Below are positions 46,973 to 60,395 of a stretch of 64,000 nt of DNA, piece by piece. Each line of letters starts with the position of its first letter. Position 1 is the stretch's first letter. Origin of the DNA: the human T2T-CHM13v2.0 reference genome, Homo sapiens; NCBI RefSeq assembly GCF_009914755.1, contig NC_060931.1; one strand, given 5' to 3'. A model generated the notes under the pieces. That model did no database searches, was not told where the DNA came from, and saw only the letters and a program-made list of their open reading frames with translations. The position numbers were made by a program, and so were the translations under genes.

Positions 46973-49900
46973 TAAATCATTAGGATAGAAAATAGTTTTC
47001 AAATAAGACTTAATGAATGGAAAAATGCTTAAGTTAAATGTAGAGTGGAAATGGTAGTAAATACAATTGTGCATATAATTCTTTTTTTAATGTTAACAAC
47101 AAAAAAACGATAAAATTACTTAGTGTTACCTACAGGCTGTGAGATTATGGGTGACTGGTTTCTGTACCTTTCAGTAATTTCCAAATTCCCTACAAAGCAA
47201 TCTATTTCATAATAACTATTACTTTTTAAAAACTTATCTCTGAATAAGGTGAAGAAACTGGGCATGATTCTTTGTTTTTATACTGTGGATGGCTAATCAC
47301 TTAAGAGCAATGCATTCAAAAGTAAGTCCAAAGCATTACAAGTTGTTTCCACAACAGTCAATGGTTAAGACCAAACTTGTAAATTTTTTTTTTAAAAAAA
47401 CACACTCAAAATGCTGAATGAAATACAAATAGACAAGAAATCGATTTAACATAGAGATTTAACCAAAGACTGTAATAAGGGGACCACCTGGAAGGTGGAC
47501 TCTATTGAACAAAAGTTAACAAGAGAAGCCAGCTGAAGGAGGAGATAGCTTTCAGACAGCCACGGAAGGGAATGCTGCCTCACATAGGAAGTCCAAAACA
47601 GGTCTAAGCCATGCCATTTTCTGACTACCACTGCTTATTCCTTAGAAAGAGAACCAACCACCACAGCAGTGTTCAGCAAAGCTCTCCTACATTCCAAATC
47701 TCCTGGTGAAAATACCACACTCAGGACTGGGAGGGCAGCCCAAGCAACTGCAACGCACCCTCTTCCCAGGATCAACAGCACCGCCCAGGCACCCTACACA
47801 CACCCTAGCTACATCAGGAAGCCACCCTCCACCAAGATCGTTCCTCACAGTCTTCAAGTAGATGGGGTCACCTCCAGCAGGTCATCCATAAGGAATCCTG
47901 CCTTTCCTGTCCGGGAATGGTCTGTGCAAGGGTTTGTACTTCCTTCACTGCTCTGTGTTTCCAGCTGGATCCTGGAGCACAGGGGCTGTGCCCTCCACTT
48001 CTTAGTTCCTAGTCTATGAGCCTGGCAGCGGCTGAAGCCAATATACAAACCAGTGAAAGGATGAAGTCTCTTTCCATGATGTCAGGTCTAGAATGGAAAT
48101 ATTATTAATTTCATGTCTCCAGGTTGAATATTTGTATTGGGGGTAGAGGGGAAGCAGGAAAGGACTTCCAAAGAAGAGAAGGTTAGGGATGGGCAGTGCA
48201 AACAGCTTCACTATTTATTTTAAAGTTACCAGAAGCACTTATATTCTCCACAACCTCTGCAGTACACCCAGATGGCCACATTCATATGGGGAAGCCATCA
48301 GGCACAGAAAGGAAGCATGTCATAGAGTCTGAAGCCAAACCAACCTAAACTCAAAGCCTTAGTTTCCTCATCTGTAAAATGGGGATAACTATGCCTAACT
48401 CACAACGTGATTGGATCGTGTATATAAAATTCAACATCTGGCACACAAAAAGCACTCAGGAGATGGAAACCATTTATCTGCTGTGTCTTATGACAGATGA
48501 ATCCACGAGTATCAGATGGGCTCTCTTTGTTGACTAAAGCCAAGAGACCCTTGACAATGATCTCTTCTCCTCTGGACACACAGGGCTGGAACTCGCAGGA
48601 GCAGGACTGAGACGGGAGGTCCTAGGTTAGAGTAAGGTGTTTGCACTAGCTGTATACTGCCTAAAAGAGACTCATTCTGTCACCCCAACCCTGGTTCCAC
48701 CCAGCTATGGGAAATCTCTGCAGAGGCTTCAGGTGTGGATATGTCTATGGGCCAAGAGCGGGGGTGGGAGGCAGGGAAAGTGATGACTGTGACCTTGAGC
48801 AAGGCACTTCTCTGCCTTAGTTTCCTCTTTGGTAAGCAGAGTGGACCTGTTCCATGATCCCTGAAGTCCTCCCTGTGCTTCTATTGTACCATCCCCTCTA
48901 GGGCACTGGTTATAATTCTCACAGGTCCAAGGGACACCTTCAAATGTGTTCCAATTCCTCCCAGCCACTGAGTAGCCCTTTGGCCCTGCTCCCACGAGAA
49001 AGGAGGATTCGGAGCAGCGTTCACGGCTTTCTGGTTTTTGTTCTGTGTGCAGCAGCTCTCCACCCCTAGCTGCTCCTTCCACCTTTCCTTTTCCGCCTCA
49101 AAGTGGTCAAGTGCCTGTGCAGGGGCAATCGCTGGCCTGCAGTGTCAGCTCAGAGACGGTTTCCAGACCATCCTGTGTACAGGCTCAGGGTGGACAAATA
49201 AACATTTTGGAGAAGCAATAGGAATTAAATCATTTCTTCCACAACAAAACCCTTATGCTTCTTCATAAATCATGCCTCTTCATTCCATACTGATGAACAG
49301 TCACTAAATTGCATCTGTTATAAAAACAGCCCTTACTCCTTTCATGCCCAGACACTTAAGAATCAAAATATTTTCACACTCCATTGTACTAATAATGCCT
49401 TGCAGAAGTAATACCAATAGCTATTTCCCTGGAAAGATCCGTGGCCAGGGCGCTTTCCAAGAGGTTTTCTTTGAATGTTCTTTGTGTCCTGCTGTACGGG
49501 GGGACACGGCCGGCCTGCCCGCATCTGGGGGACGCTGGGCTTGTCCCGGTAATGCAATACTCTTTTAAAGCACACCTCGAATCCACCTCTTCGCCCCGAC
49601 AATAAAGTATCTCAAAACATTCGATATGCCACATCATACAGCCTTGACAAAAAAGCACGCCGGTGCCTGCATTCTGCAGGAAAAACCAGGCACATTCTGA
49701 GATGAAGCCACCAGACCCGCTTCGGGTTCCATGGACAAGAGAACAGCTTTGCAGACCCCTTAGCAAGACCGGCCAGAAGCCGCTCGCTTGTTCGTTTTAA
49801 TTATTTATTTCCCCCGTGCCTTTATTTGTTGGGCCCCAGAAGAATGGCAAAGCATCTTCCAGAAAGGACGGCGAGGGAGCTGGAGAATAAAAGAGGATGG

Positions 49901-49985
49901 GCGGGGAAAGCCGGGGTTTTGAAAACAGCAGCGATAAAGGCAGGCGGGGTCGCGGCCGCGTTCCGAGGGTCTCGGCGGAGCTTAC

Positions 49986-50172
49986 CTGGGGCGCACGAGG
50001 CCGGCCGGGCCAGCAGCAGCAGCCAGAGGCCAGGAAGCAGCAGCCCCGGGCGGCGGCGGCGGGCGCAGCGGGCGGAAGGCCGTCGGCCGCTCGGCCCCGG
50101 GGCCAGCGCGACCCCGGCGCGGGGCTTCCCCTCCATGGCCGCGCCTCGGCGTCGGCGCCGCGCCCCCGGCAT
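49986..50172 (-). CDS. KIAA1549: KIAA1549 coding exon 1 (62 codons + 1 nt; long Arg-rich signal-peptide-like N-terminus)
   Basis: ATG at 50172 translates MPGARRRRRGAAMEGKPRAGVALAPGPSGRRPSARCARRRRPGLLLPGLWLLLLARPASCAP, which I recognise as the KIAA1549 N-terminus. It ends at a canonical CAG|GTAAG donor (GT at 49985-49984), 187 nt, phase 1, inside a CpG island. Confidence 0.95.
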
Positions 50173-50442
50173 TCCCGGCCGGCGCCCCGGCCCGGCCTCG
50201 CGGCTCAGCGGCTCTCGGGTCCGGGAGGGGCGGCCGCTGCGGCTGCGGCTGGGACGGGGCGCCGCGCACCGGCGCGGAGGGAGGCCGGAGAGGCGGGGGC
50301 GGGCCGGGCCGGAACCGAGGACAGGGGCGCCAGCCGCACGCCCGCCTTGCCGCTCCGCCCCCTTCGGAGCCTCGGAGCCGCTGCCCGGCAACGCGCGGGC
50401 CCGGGCGCGGGACGGCGAGCACCCCCTCCCGGCCGGCCGGAC

Positions 50443-50470
50443 GCCTGCCTGCCTGCCTGCCTGCCTGCCT
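50443..50470. repeat. (GCCT)7 / (CAGG)n microsatellite in promoter region
   Basis: Seven perfect GCCT units read directly. Confidence 0.95.
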
Positions 50471-52128
50471 GCGGGGCGGCCGGGGCAGCGTGCGCGGGGC
50501 TCGGCGCGGCAGAGGCGGCAAGGGCGGCGAGGCGGCGCGGCCCAGCCCTCCCCCAGGACCCGCCTTCCGGAGGGAGCGCGAGGGGCTCGGGGGGCCTGGG
50601 CCGGGCGGTGCCGCCCCGACCCGCACCCAACCCCGGGTCCCGCCGCGCGTTCCCCGGGGCGCCCGGATCAGGGTAGGCCGGCAAGCCGGGGGAGGGGTCC
50701 TCTCGCCTCCCTCGCTCCTCCTCTCCCGCCGACTCCTTGCGGGCAGCAGGTGTGTGGGGCGCCGCGCTCTCAGGACAGCCTCGGGGCCGCGGAGGGGACA
50801 AAGCCAGACAAAGTCGGGCTCCTGCGCTAGAGCTCAGCGTGCAAGGCAGGGGCGAGCAGAGCGCACGCAGCTCTCCCCCGCCTTCCTGCCTTAAGAAGGT
50901 GCGGCCACCTCTGCGGGTCTTCGGGAAGCGACCCTGCGCTCAGGGCCTGGGAGGCCCGCGGGACCCTGCACTTAGCAGGCCTTGAGCAGGCGGCTGCTGA
51001 AGCGAATGGGCGTGGAGCTGGGGAGACCCGCAAGGCCAGGCCGTTTTAGGGAAAGTGGCGCTCCTGAGAGGTGGAGAGAATGCCCAGAGAGCGTTTGAGG
51101 GTTGGAGTCCGCGGGGGGAATGAGGAACGGGAAGAAGGGAGTTGACATCTGTCAAGTACCTACTGTGTGCCAGGCACGTCACTCTGAAGACGCCCCGTGG
51201 CTTCAGGGTCTAGGGAGGAGGAATTGGAAGTTTTGAATCGTTGCATCCCACTGGCATTGTTGCATCAAGCAGATATTAACGGTGTGTGTGGGGGACACTA
51301 TCTCGTGCAGAAAAACTATGGCAGACAGCGGAAAAGGTGAATCATTACACTGGCAGAGGGATCCTCGCGGCTATTCAGTCGGGTTCCCCTGCCAGGCCCA
51401 GCCCTTGAAGGGGCTGCCCAGCCTTGCAGCTCCAACTCTTCTGGACTCCTTGCCCTTGGCGAATAGTTCTTCCTAAGAATAGGACAGGGGCACTCTTCTG
51501 TAGGTACACACCTGGTCCTTACAGGTGGGTACTTGAAACCTGGTAGTTTCAAGGAAAATGAGAATAAAGGTTAAAAAAAGCTTTTGTTGATGTTCCTGGT
51601 GTTTTTACACGTTATTGTAACCCCCCATCATACAGCCCCTATGTTTATTACAGTAACTGCTCCTGTCTCCCAAAGAGGGTTCTGCGTGCACACCCAGGTA
51701 AGTACCTAAGAGAAACTGCCCAGATATGTCTGGTCCCAGGACACCATGGCCATAGATCTGGGACCTCTTATTCACACACTTATCTTTATTCTCTGAACTC
51801 TCTATAACAGCACATTTGACCACAAACCACTGCCTTCGTGCAACTCTTGAATGGTCTTGTCCTGTTGTGTTGTTTTATCTTTTATGAATTTATGCTTTGC
51901 ACACACAGCCCCCACCCCACCTCCAATAAATTAATATGAAATTCAAATATGGTGCTATCCTGCTTAGGATTTCTCATAGCCCCAGTAAGCCCTCAGTAGA
52001 CAATCGTTGGTTTGAGCCAGAGCATGCATTCCGCCCGTGAAGAGGTTCCATCTTCAGATTTGGCCTCAGCCTCCTGCAAGCTGCCATCTACACTAGACCC
52101 GTTGGTGTCAGAGAAAAAAGCCTCCCTC

Positions 52129-52450
52129 GGCCATGCGCGGTGGCTCACGCCTATAATCCCAGCACTTTGGGAGGCCAAGGCAGGCAGATCACCTGAGGTC
52201 AGGAGTTCAAGACCAGCCTGGCCAACATGGCAAACCCCGTCTCTAATAAAAACACAGAAAAATTTACCCAGGCATGGTGGCACGTGCTTGTAATCCCAGC
52301 TACTCAGGAGGCTGAGGCAGGAGGATCACTTGAACCCAGGAGGCGGAGGTTACAGTAAACCAAGATCACGCCACTGCACTCCAGCCTGGGTGCCACAGCA
52401 AGACTCCATCTCAAAAAAAAAAAAAAAAAAAAAAGGAAAAGAAAAAAGAA
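52129..52450 (+). mobile_element. AluS
   Basis: Full dimer with long poly(A). Confidence 0.95.
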
Positions 52451-53899
52451 AGGAGTCTCCTTCTCCATTCTCTGCAAACTCAAAGACAATAGTGTTTGCC
52501 CTGCCATTAAGAGATTGATCAGCTGGAAGTAAAAATAAAAATTGGAACCCTGAGATACTAGAAATGACTCATGGACACCAAAGTGTCCGTGGAAAGTGAG
52601 GTCCCTAGGGTCCCTTAGTCTCCCAGCTCTGAAGGCATAAAACAAAATCTTACCTCTGTTAGGATTTAAGGCATTCTGCCTCCATGTCTGGGAAAATGTC
52701 TACCAGGCTCTGACAGTCCAGCTGGTAGGTGGTGTTACTCTGCAGACTCAGAGGGGATGAGTGGTCCTTGGAGGTAGGGGAGTGTGTGCAAATGTGTGTG
52801 TGTGTGTAAGATTTTAAAATCGATTTTAGAGATCATCTCATCCAATTCTCATAGATAAAGAAACAAGCCAGAGAGGTTAGTTTATTTCCATAAGGCTCAA
52901 CTCCAACTGGAATTGTCGTCTCCAGTTAAACCACACACCCTCCAGGGGAGGGGGAAAATTAACCTGGGTCCTCGATAGGCTTACAATCTGGTTTGGAGAC
53001 AGGGAGAGGTAGGCTCAGTACTATCCTTAGACCTAGACGAAGCGGGCCCCACTCTGGCCTTCTCAAACTGCACCTCTCTCCTCAGGACAGAGTCTGTGAA
53101 GCCCAGGAAGCACCCTCACCAGCAGCCCATCTTCCCATGCTCAGGTGCCCAGGACCCCAGAATCCTGCCCATTTCACCCCAGGCTCATCTTCAGGCCTAT
53201 GTGGCCTCTTCCTCAAGTCCATTCTCCCAAGGCTGCACCAAGGGTGTGTCTGGTCCCACGGGGTAGTTGTTTGCTAGGGAGTGGCAAAACTTACGCAGGA
53301 GGCATCTCTAAAGATGCGCACATGAAACCTATAGGAATGAAGCAGAGGACCAGGGATGGGAAGAGAAGATCGGGCATGGCCCATATTCACATGGCAACCT
53401 GGCTGCGATGTTCTGCTCACAACTGCAGGAAGTCTGCGAATCCTGCCTGTGAACCAGCCTAACCATTCTGAAGACATACGTTTGTTAAGGTAGAACAGAC
53501 ATATTTAATAGTTTGCTTGCTTGGCATGTAACTTGCTGATGAAAATCTGGTCATCGATGTGAAATGGCCAAAATGGCCAAATGTGAAATGGGCTGCGTGA
53601 GCCCCTATTTGCACTCTTGACCTGGGCCCCTCAATTCTTAGGGTCTGGATAAGGATGGGACAGAGGGACTGAAGTTAGAGGATGGCTGGAAGTCGGTAGA
53701 GGGTAGTGTGAGAGTCCTAGAATAGGAATCAGGACAGCTGAGTTCTGCGTTCTGCTCTGTCACAGAAAAGTTTATGAACTTGAACAAAATGCTTCACCCT
53801 ACTCTCAAACCTCAAATGTTCTTATCTGATGATGGGCTTCACATGCCTACCTTGCTTAGCTGTGGGTTCGGTTCTTAAGAGAATTATACAAAATAAGAT

Positions 53900-54330
53900 G
53901 AATGTTCACAAAGGTCATTCATTAAATTCAATGAATATTTTTTGAGCATGTACCATATGCCAGGCAGTGCAGTGGGCACTGGAGGTATAACGGTGAACAA
54001 AACAAAGGCCCTTCCTCGTGGAACTTATGTTCTAGTGAGAGGAGACAGGCAATCAGTAAGTGAGCCTTCGGCTGATGACAACAATTTGCAGAATAACAAA
54101 GAGGGAAAAGGAGTGAGGGAAGGGTCAGTGTTACTGTGTTAAATAGAATAGTCAGGGATGATCACCCTACTAAGGTGACATTGGGCCATGGGGATAGCTG
54201 GGGAAGAGGGTGTCAGGCAGAGGGAACAACTGTGCAAAGTGGAGAAGTAGCCAGAATAAACATTCAAAAAATATTTACTGAGTCCCTACTAAGTAAGCGC
54301 CCCGTAGAGTCATGTGCTAAATGATCAGTA
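53900..54330. mobile_element. L2 fragments
   Basis: cattcattaaattcaatgaatatttttgagcatgtaccatatgccaggcagtg. Confidence 0.6.
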
Positions 54331-54336
54331 AGATTA

Positions 54337-54640
<304 letters not shown>

Positions 54641-55422
54641 TAATAATTGTCTACAGTTTTTTCAAGGAGCTTACAGTCTTACGGGAAAAAAAAAAACAAA
54701 TTTTAAAAACCTACATATTGCAAAGTAGAACATGACAGATGTCCGAAGGAAGTTATAAAAAAAAGTTCAAAGAAGTAGAAATCATATTTGGCACAAGAGA
54801 TCAAGCAAAGCTTCAGTGTAGTGTTGCATGGAAGCTGGGTGTTAGGGGGCGCCTAAAAAATGAAGAGGACTTGGACAGCTAAAGAGAACAGGACAGGTGT
54901 TCCAGGTGGAGGGAACCAACAGTACAAAAATATAAAGGCAGGAATGCATGAAATTTATCTAGCTGATGGCCAGATCAGCTAGAGCAGTGGTTCACAATGC
55001 TGACTGCAAATTAAAATCACCTGGACACCACAAACAAAACAAAACAGAACACCCCCAGGCCACACTTCAGACCAGTAAAATCCAAATCTCTGCAGACCAG
55101 GCTTGGACAGCCCTGTCTTTTAAAAGCTTCCCAGGATTCCAGTGTGTAAGAACCATTGAGCTAGATGTCTAAGAGTGAGACTTTATAATCACTTACTGAA
55201 AGTGGTAAGACATACCAGACCTAGAAAGGCGCAGCAGAGAAGAGAGAAAAGGGAAGCTGATATAGAACAAGGAGAGCTTAAAGATCTGGCTGAAGGGTTT
55301 GGACTTAATTTTGTAGGTGACGGTGGATCATTAAAGATTTGTTCAGATATTATTAGAACTAAGCACAAGAAGGATTACTCTATTAACATTATATAAGATG
55401 ATTTGGAAAGAGAAAAGACTAA

Positions 55423-55748
<326 letters not shown>

Positions 55749-56037
55749 AGAACAAGATCTTAATGCTGCTGCATGAATATCAAGGATCAAAATATTTTTC
55801 ACCATCAAACAGACAAAACTTTTAAAATTTTGATTATATTCATTTGTATATTCAAGTGTATAGCAAAATAGGCACTCTCGAATTCTACTGGTGTAGCCAT
55901 TTTGGAGGATAATTTGACCTTATCTATCAAAATATAAAATCAGCTCACTTCCTTTTCCTTTTTTTTTTTTCAAGTCAAGTTTAATTCAGCTGGCAAATTT
56001 AGTCAGGTAATTTAATCAGATAAAATTCACCTTTTTT

Positions 56038-56379
<342 letters not shown>

Positions 56380-56467
56380 TTATTTTTTAAAAGTTAATAT
56401 GTACAATTCAGGAAACTGAAAAACACAAGAAGCAAAGAACAAAGCTATCCACAATCATAAGCAGTTT

Positions 56468-57750
56468 GATGAAAATTCACCTTTTAAAAATGTTCAGTGA
56501 GTTTCAACAATTCTATGAAATCCTATAACCACCACCACATTCAAGGTAAAGAACATTTACATTGCCCTTAAAGTTCCCTTGTGCCAGCTTGCAGTCTATC
56601 CCATACCCTCCCTCTGACAGCCACTGATCTGATTTCTGTTTCTACAGCTTTGCCTTTTCCAGCATTTGACATAAATGGAATTATATAGTATGTAGCACTT
56701 TGTGTCTGGTTTCTTTTACTTAGCATAATGTCTGAGATTCATCCAAGTTGTTGCATGCGTCAGTAACTTGTTCCTTTCTATTGCTTAGTAGTATTCCATT
56801 GAATGGATATACCACAATTTGTCCAGTCACCAACTGATGAACATTTGGATTGTTTCCAGGTTTTTGGTCATTATTAATAATGCTGCTAAAAACATTTGTT
56901 TTCAGGTATTTTGTGTGAACATATGTTTTCATTTCTCTTGGGTAAATACCTAGGAGTAGATCTGCTAAGTCATGTGATAAATGTAAATTTAACTGGGTGG
57001 CGTGATAAATGTAAATTTAAACTGCCCAACTGTCTTCCCAGGTGGGATATATTTTAGATCCCCACCAGCAATGTATGAAAGGTCTAGTTGTTCCATACCC
57101 TTGTTAGCACTTGATTTTGTTAGCCTTTTTAATTTGAACCATTCTAGCAAGTGTCTAATGATATCTCATTGTGCACTTAATCTGCCTTGTCCTCATGACT
57201 AATGATATTGAACACTCTCCATGTGTTTATTTGCAATCAATATGTCTTCTTTGGTGGCATGTCTGTTCAAATCTTACCAAATTGTATATTTATGTATTCT
57301 AAATACAAATCTTTTATCCGATGTGTGTTTTGCAAATGTTTTCTCCTAGTCCATAACTTGTCTTTTCATTCTCTTAAGATATTCAAAGAGAAGAGGTTTT
57401 TAACTTTGGTGAAATACACTTTTTTATTATTTTTTTCTTTTTTGTTTCATGTTTTTTGTGTCCTAAAAAATATTTGCCTAGCTCGAGGTCACAAATATTT
57501 TCTCTCATGTTTCTATCCAGAAACTTAATGTTTTAGCTCTTATGTTTCAGTCTATGATCCATTTGAGTCAACTTTGATGTATTTTGTGAGATTAAAGGGT
57601 TGAAGTTAATTTTGTGGGTGTGATGTCTAGTTGTTATAGCACCATTTGTTGCAGACTATCCTTTTGCCATTTAATTGACTTTATATTTTCTCAAAATTAA
57701 TTGACTAGGTATGTGTGGATTTATTTCTAGACTTTGTATTCTCTTCCATG
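56468..57750 (-). mobile_element. Old L1M (MB/MC-like) 3' region
   Basis: catataaatggaatt...cttagcataatgtctgagattcatcc...gggtaaatacctaggagt. Confidence 0.75.
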
Positions 57751-58736
57751 GAAGACTCACATATTACATGGGCATGGGGGAGTAAGATACTGTATAGTAT
57801 AATCCCACTAATGAAAAAAAAGTGGGATTGTGATTGTAAACCCACTTTTTAAAAAAGTATGAGTGTAAACAGTCGTTACTACTGGGAAAGGAAATCAAGT
57901 TTAGAGAGGAGTTGGGAAGTGAATGTATGAAGGGGAAAATTCACTTTTTGCTCCATATAATCATACACCTGATTACAATAATCTTACCTGTGATTAATAC
58001 ACATCATATCATCTGAACTTTTTTCTTTATTTTTCATTTATTTAACTCCACTCCTGTGACAGATTAGATAGCATTTGAATTTTTGACACCAGCATATACT
58101 GCTTTTGTATTTCAAAATTTTTCTAAATAAAAACTTTGTGGGTTTGAATGGAAATTAGAAAATGGATGAGACACATTCTGGATGCTAAATGAGTCGGTGA
58201 GATATGAGGAGAGGAAAGAATGAAAGATGATTCAGAGATTTTGGACCATCTGTGGAAGGATAGGAAAAAAAGGAATTCAGCTGGAAAGCCTGGGTGAGAA
58301 GCAAAGATGGAGGGTTGGGTTCTGAGTGTGTTGGCTGTGAGGTGCTGGACCCATACCAGGGAGCTGTGCTGACGCCAGCGATGGCGAAGGTGAGCTGAGG
58401 GCTTGGAAGATGTGACTCCAGATATGGAATCATTCATACGGCGTCATTAGCTAAAGATGAGAGAGTAAATGACTGCCTAGAAAGGGAGGGGAGAAGGCAA
58501 GAAAAGAGGGCCAAGGAGAGCCCTGGAGAAAGACCTTCGTTTTGGAAAGGCTGAAGAGGAGTCCGTGAAAAAGGCAGAGAAAGATCTAGAAAGAAAGCGG
58601 AGAAGCACAATGGAAATGTGGTGTCACCAACAGCCTGGGAAACAAGTTTTAAAATAGAGAGGACAGTCAATGTCAAAGACAACAGGACTGAGAAGACCTC
58701 TTTGGACTTGCAGATGCAGTTGTTAAAAAGAGACTT

Positions 58737-59050
58737 TCCTTCTGTGCCTGGCTCATTTTGTCCTCCGGGTTCATCCATGCAGTCTCAAATAACAAGATTT
58801 CCTTCTTTTTTAAGGCTGAATAGTATTCCATTGTGTCTGTATACACCACATTCTCTTTATCCATTCATCCCACAATGGACATATAAGTTGATTCCATATC
58901 TTGGCTTTTGTGAATAAGCTGCAGTGAACATGGAGGTGCAGATACCTCTTCAACTGATTTCATTTCCTCTGAATGTATACCCAATAGTGGGATTGCTGGA
59001 CCATAGGATAGTTTTACTTTGAATTTTTTGAGGACCCTTCATACTGTGTC
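58737..59050 (-). mobile_element. L1MA fragment
   Basis: ttccttctttttaaggctgaatagtattccattgtg...atacccaatagtgggattgctgga. Confidence 0.75.
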
Positions 59051-59322
59051 GAAGTGAGGGGGTGGCAGGGGAGGAGAGGCAAACAAAAAGGGGTAAAAGA
59101 ATGAGTGGGTTAGGAAGTAGTGGAGGCCACAGAAGATGGCGGGTAACAGGGTTGAGATATTTTTTAGGATAGGTAAGACTGAACATCCTTGTAGATTTAA
59201 GAGGTGTCCAAAGACAACGAGAGAATAAGATCCAAGAGAGGGATCATCGATAGAGCAAATTCTCAGAGCTAAGAGCAGATGGAATCAACAGCAACAGGTC
59301 ATTCTTTTGAAATGGCAGCTTC

Positions 59323-59624
<302 letters not shown>

Positions 59625-60012
59625 TCAGCAGCCCAATGTCCAGTGTCAGGAGAGTGGCTTAATGGCTTGATAAAATCACCATACAGTAACACATGGAAAT
59701 GTTATACTTCTGTGAAAAAACATAGGAAGTGTTTGGGTTATAATGTTAAGTGGAGGAAAAAATATATATAAAATGGTTTATGAGCTGATATAAAACAATG
59801 TGTATGACTGAGAAAGAACTGCGCATACTTAAAATTGTTGTATTGAGGTAATGGGATTATGGGCATTCATCCTCTCCTTTGATGATGATGTTGTATTTGT
59901 CTTTTCAATAGAAAATGTTTACAAGAACGAACAATCTTCTTCCAAAAGAAGAGAGAAAGGACAGATTAATCAAGGTAAAGGCCTTAAGTAGTCTCTAAAG
60001 TGATTTCTTCCC

Positions 60013-60395
<383 letters not shown>

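Larger units (their letters stand above)
49870..51000 (-). promoter_or_regulatory. CpG island / KIAA1549 promoter and 5' UTR
   Basis: Very high GC and CpG density around exon 1, GC boxes (GGGGCGG/CCGCCC) and G-runs; no obvious TATA box. Confidence 0.9.

Noticed and set aside
49513-49535. CTCF-like motif downstream of exon 1
   Set aside because: Four mismatches to the core consensus; cannot be supported by eye.
49826-50894. Long ORFs (134-334 aa) on both strands across the CpG island, including an open in-frame extension upstream of the KIAA1549 ATG
   Set aside because: Stop codons are scarce in extremely GC-rich DNA. The products are low-complexity Arg/Pro/Gly/Ala, most start at non-ATG codons, and nothing independent supports coding.
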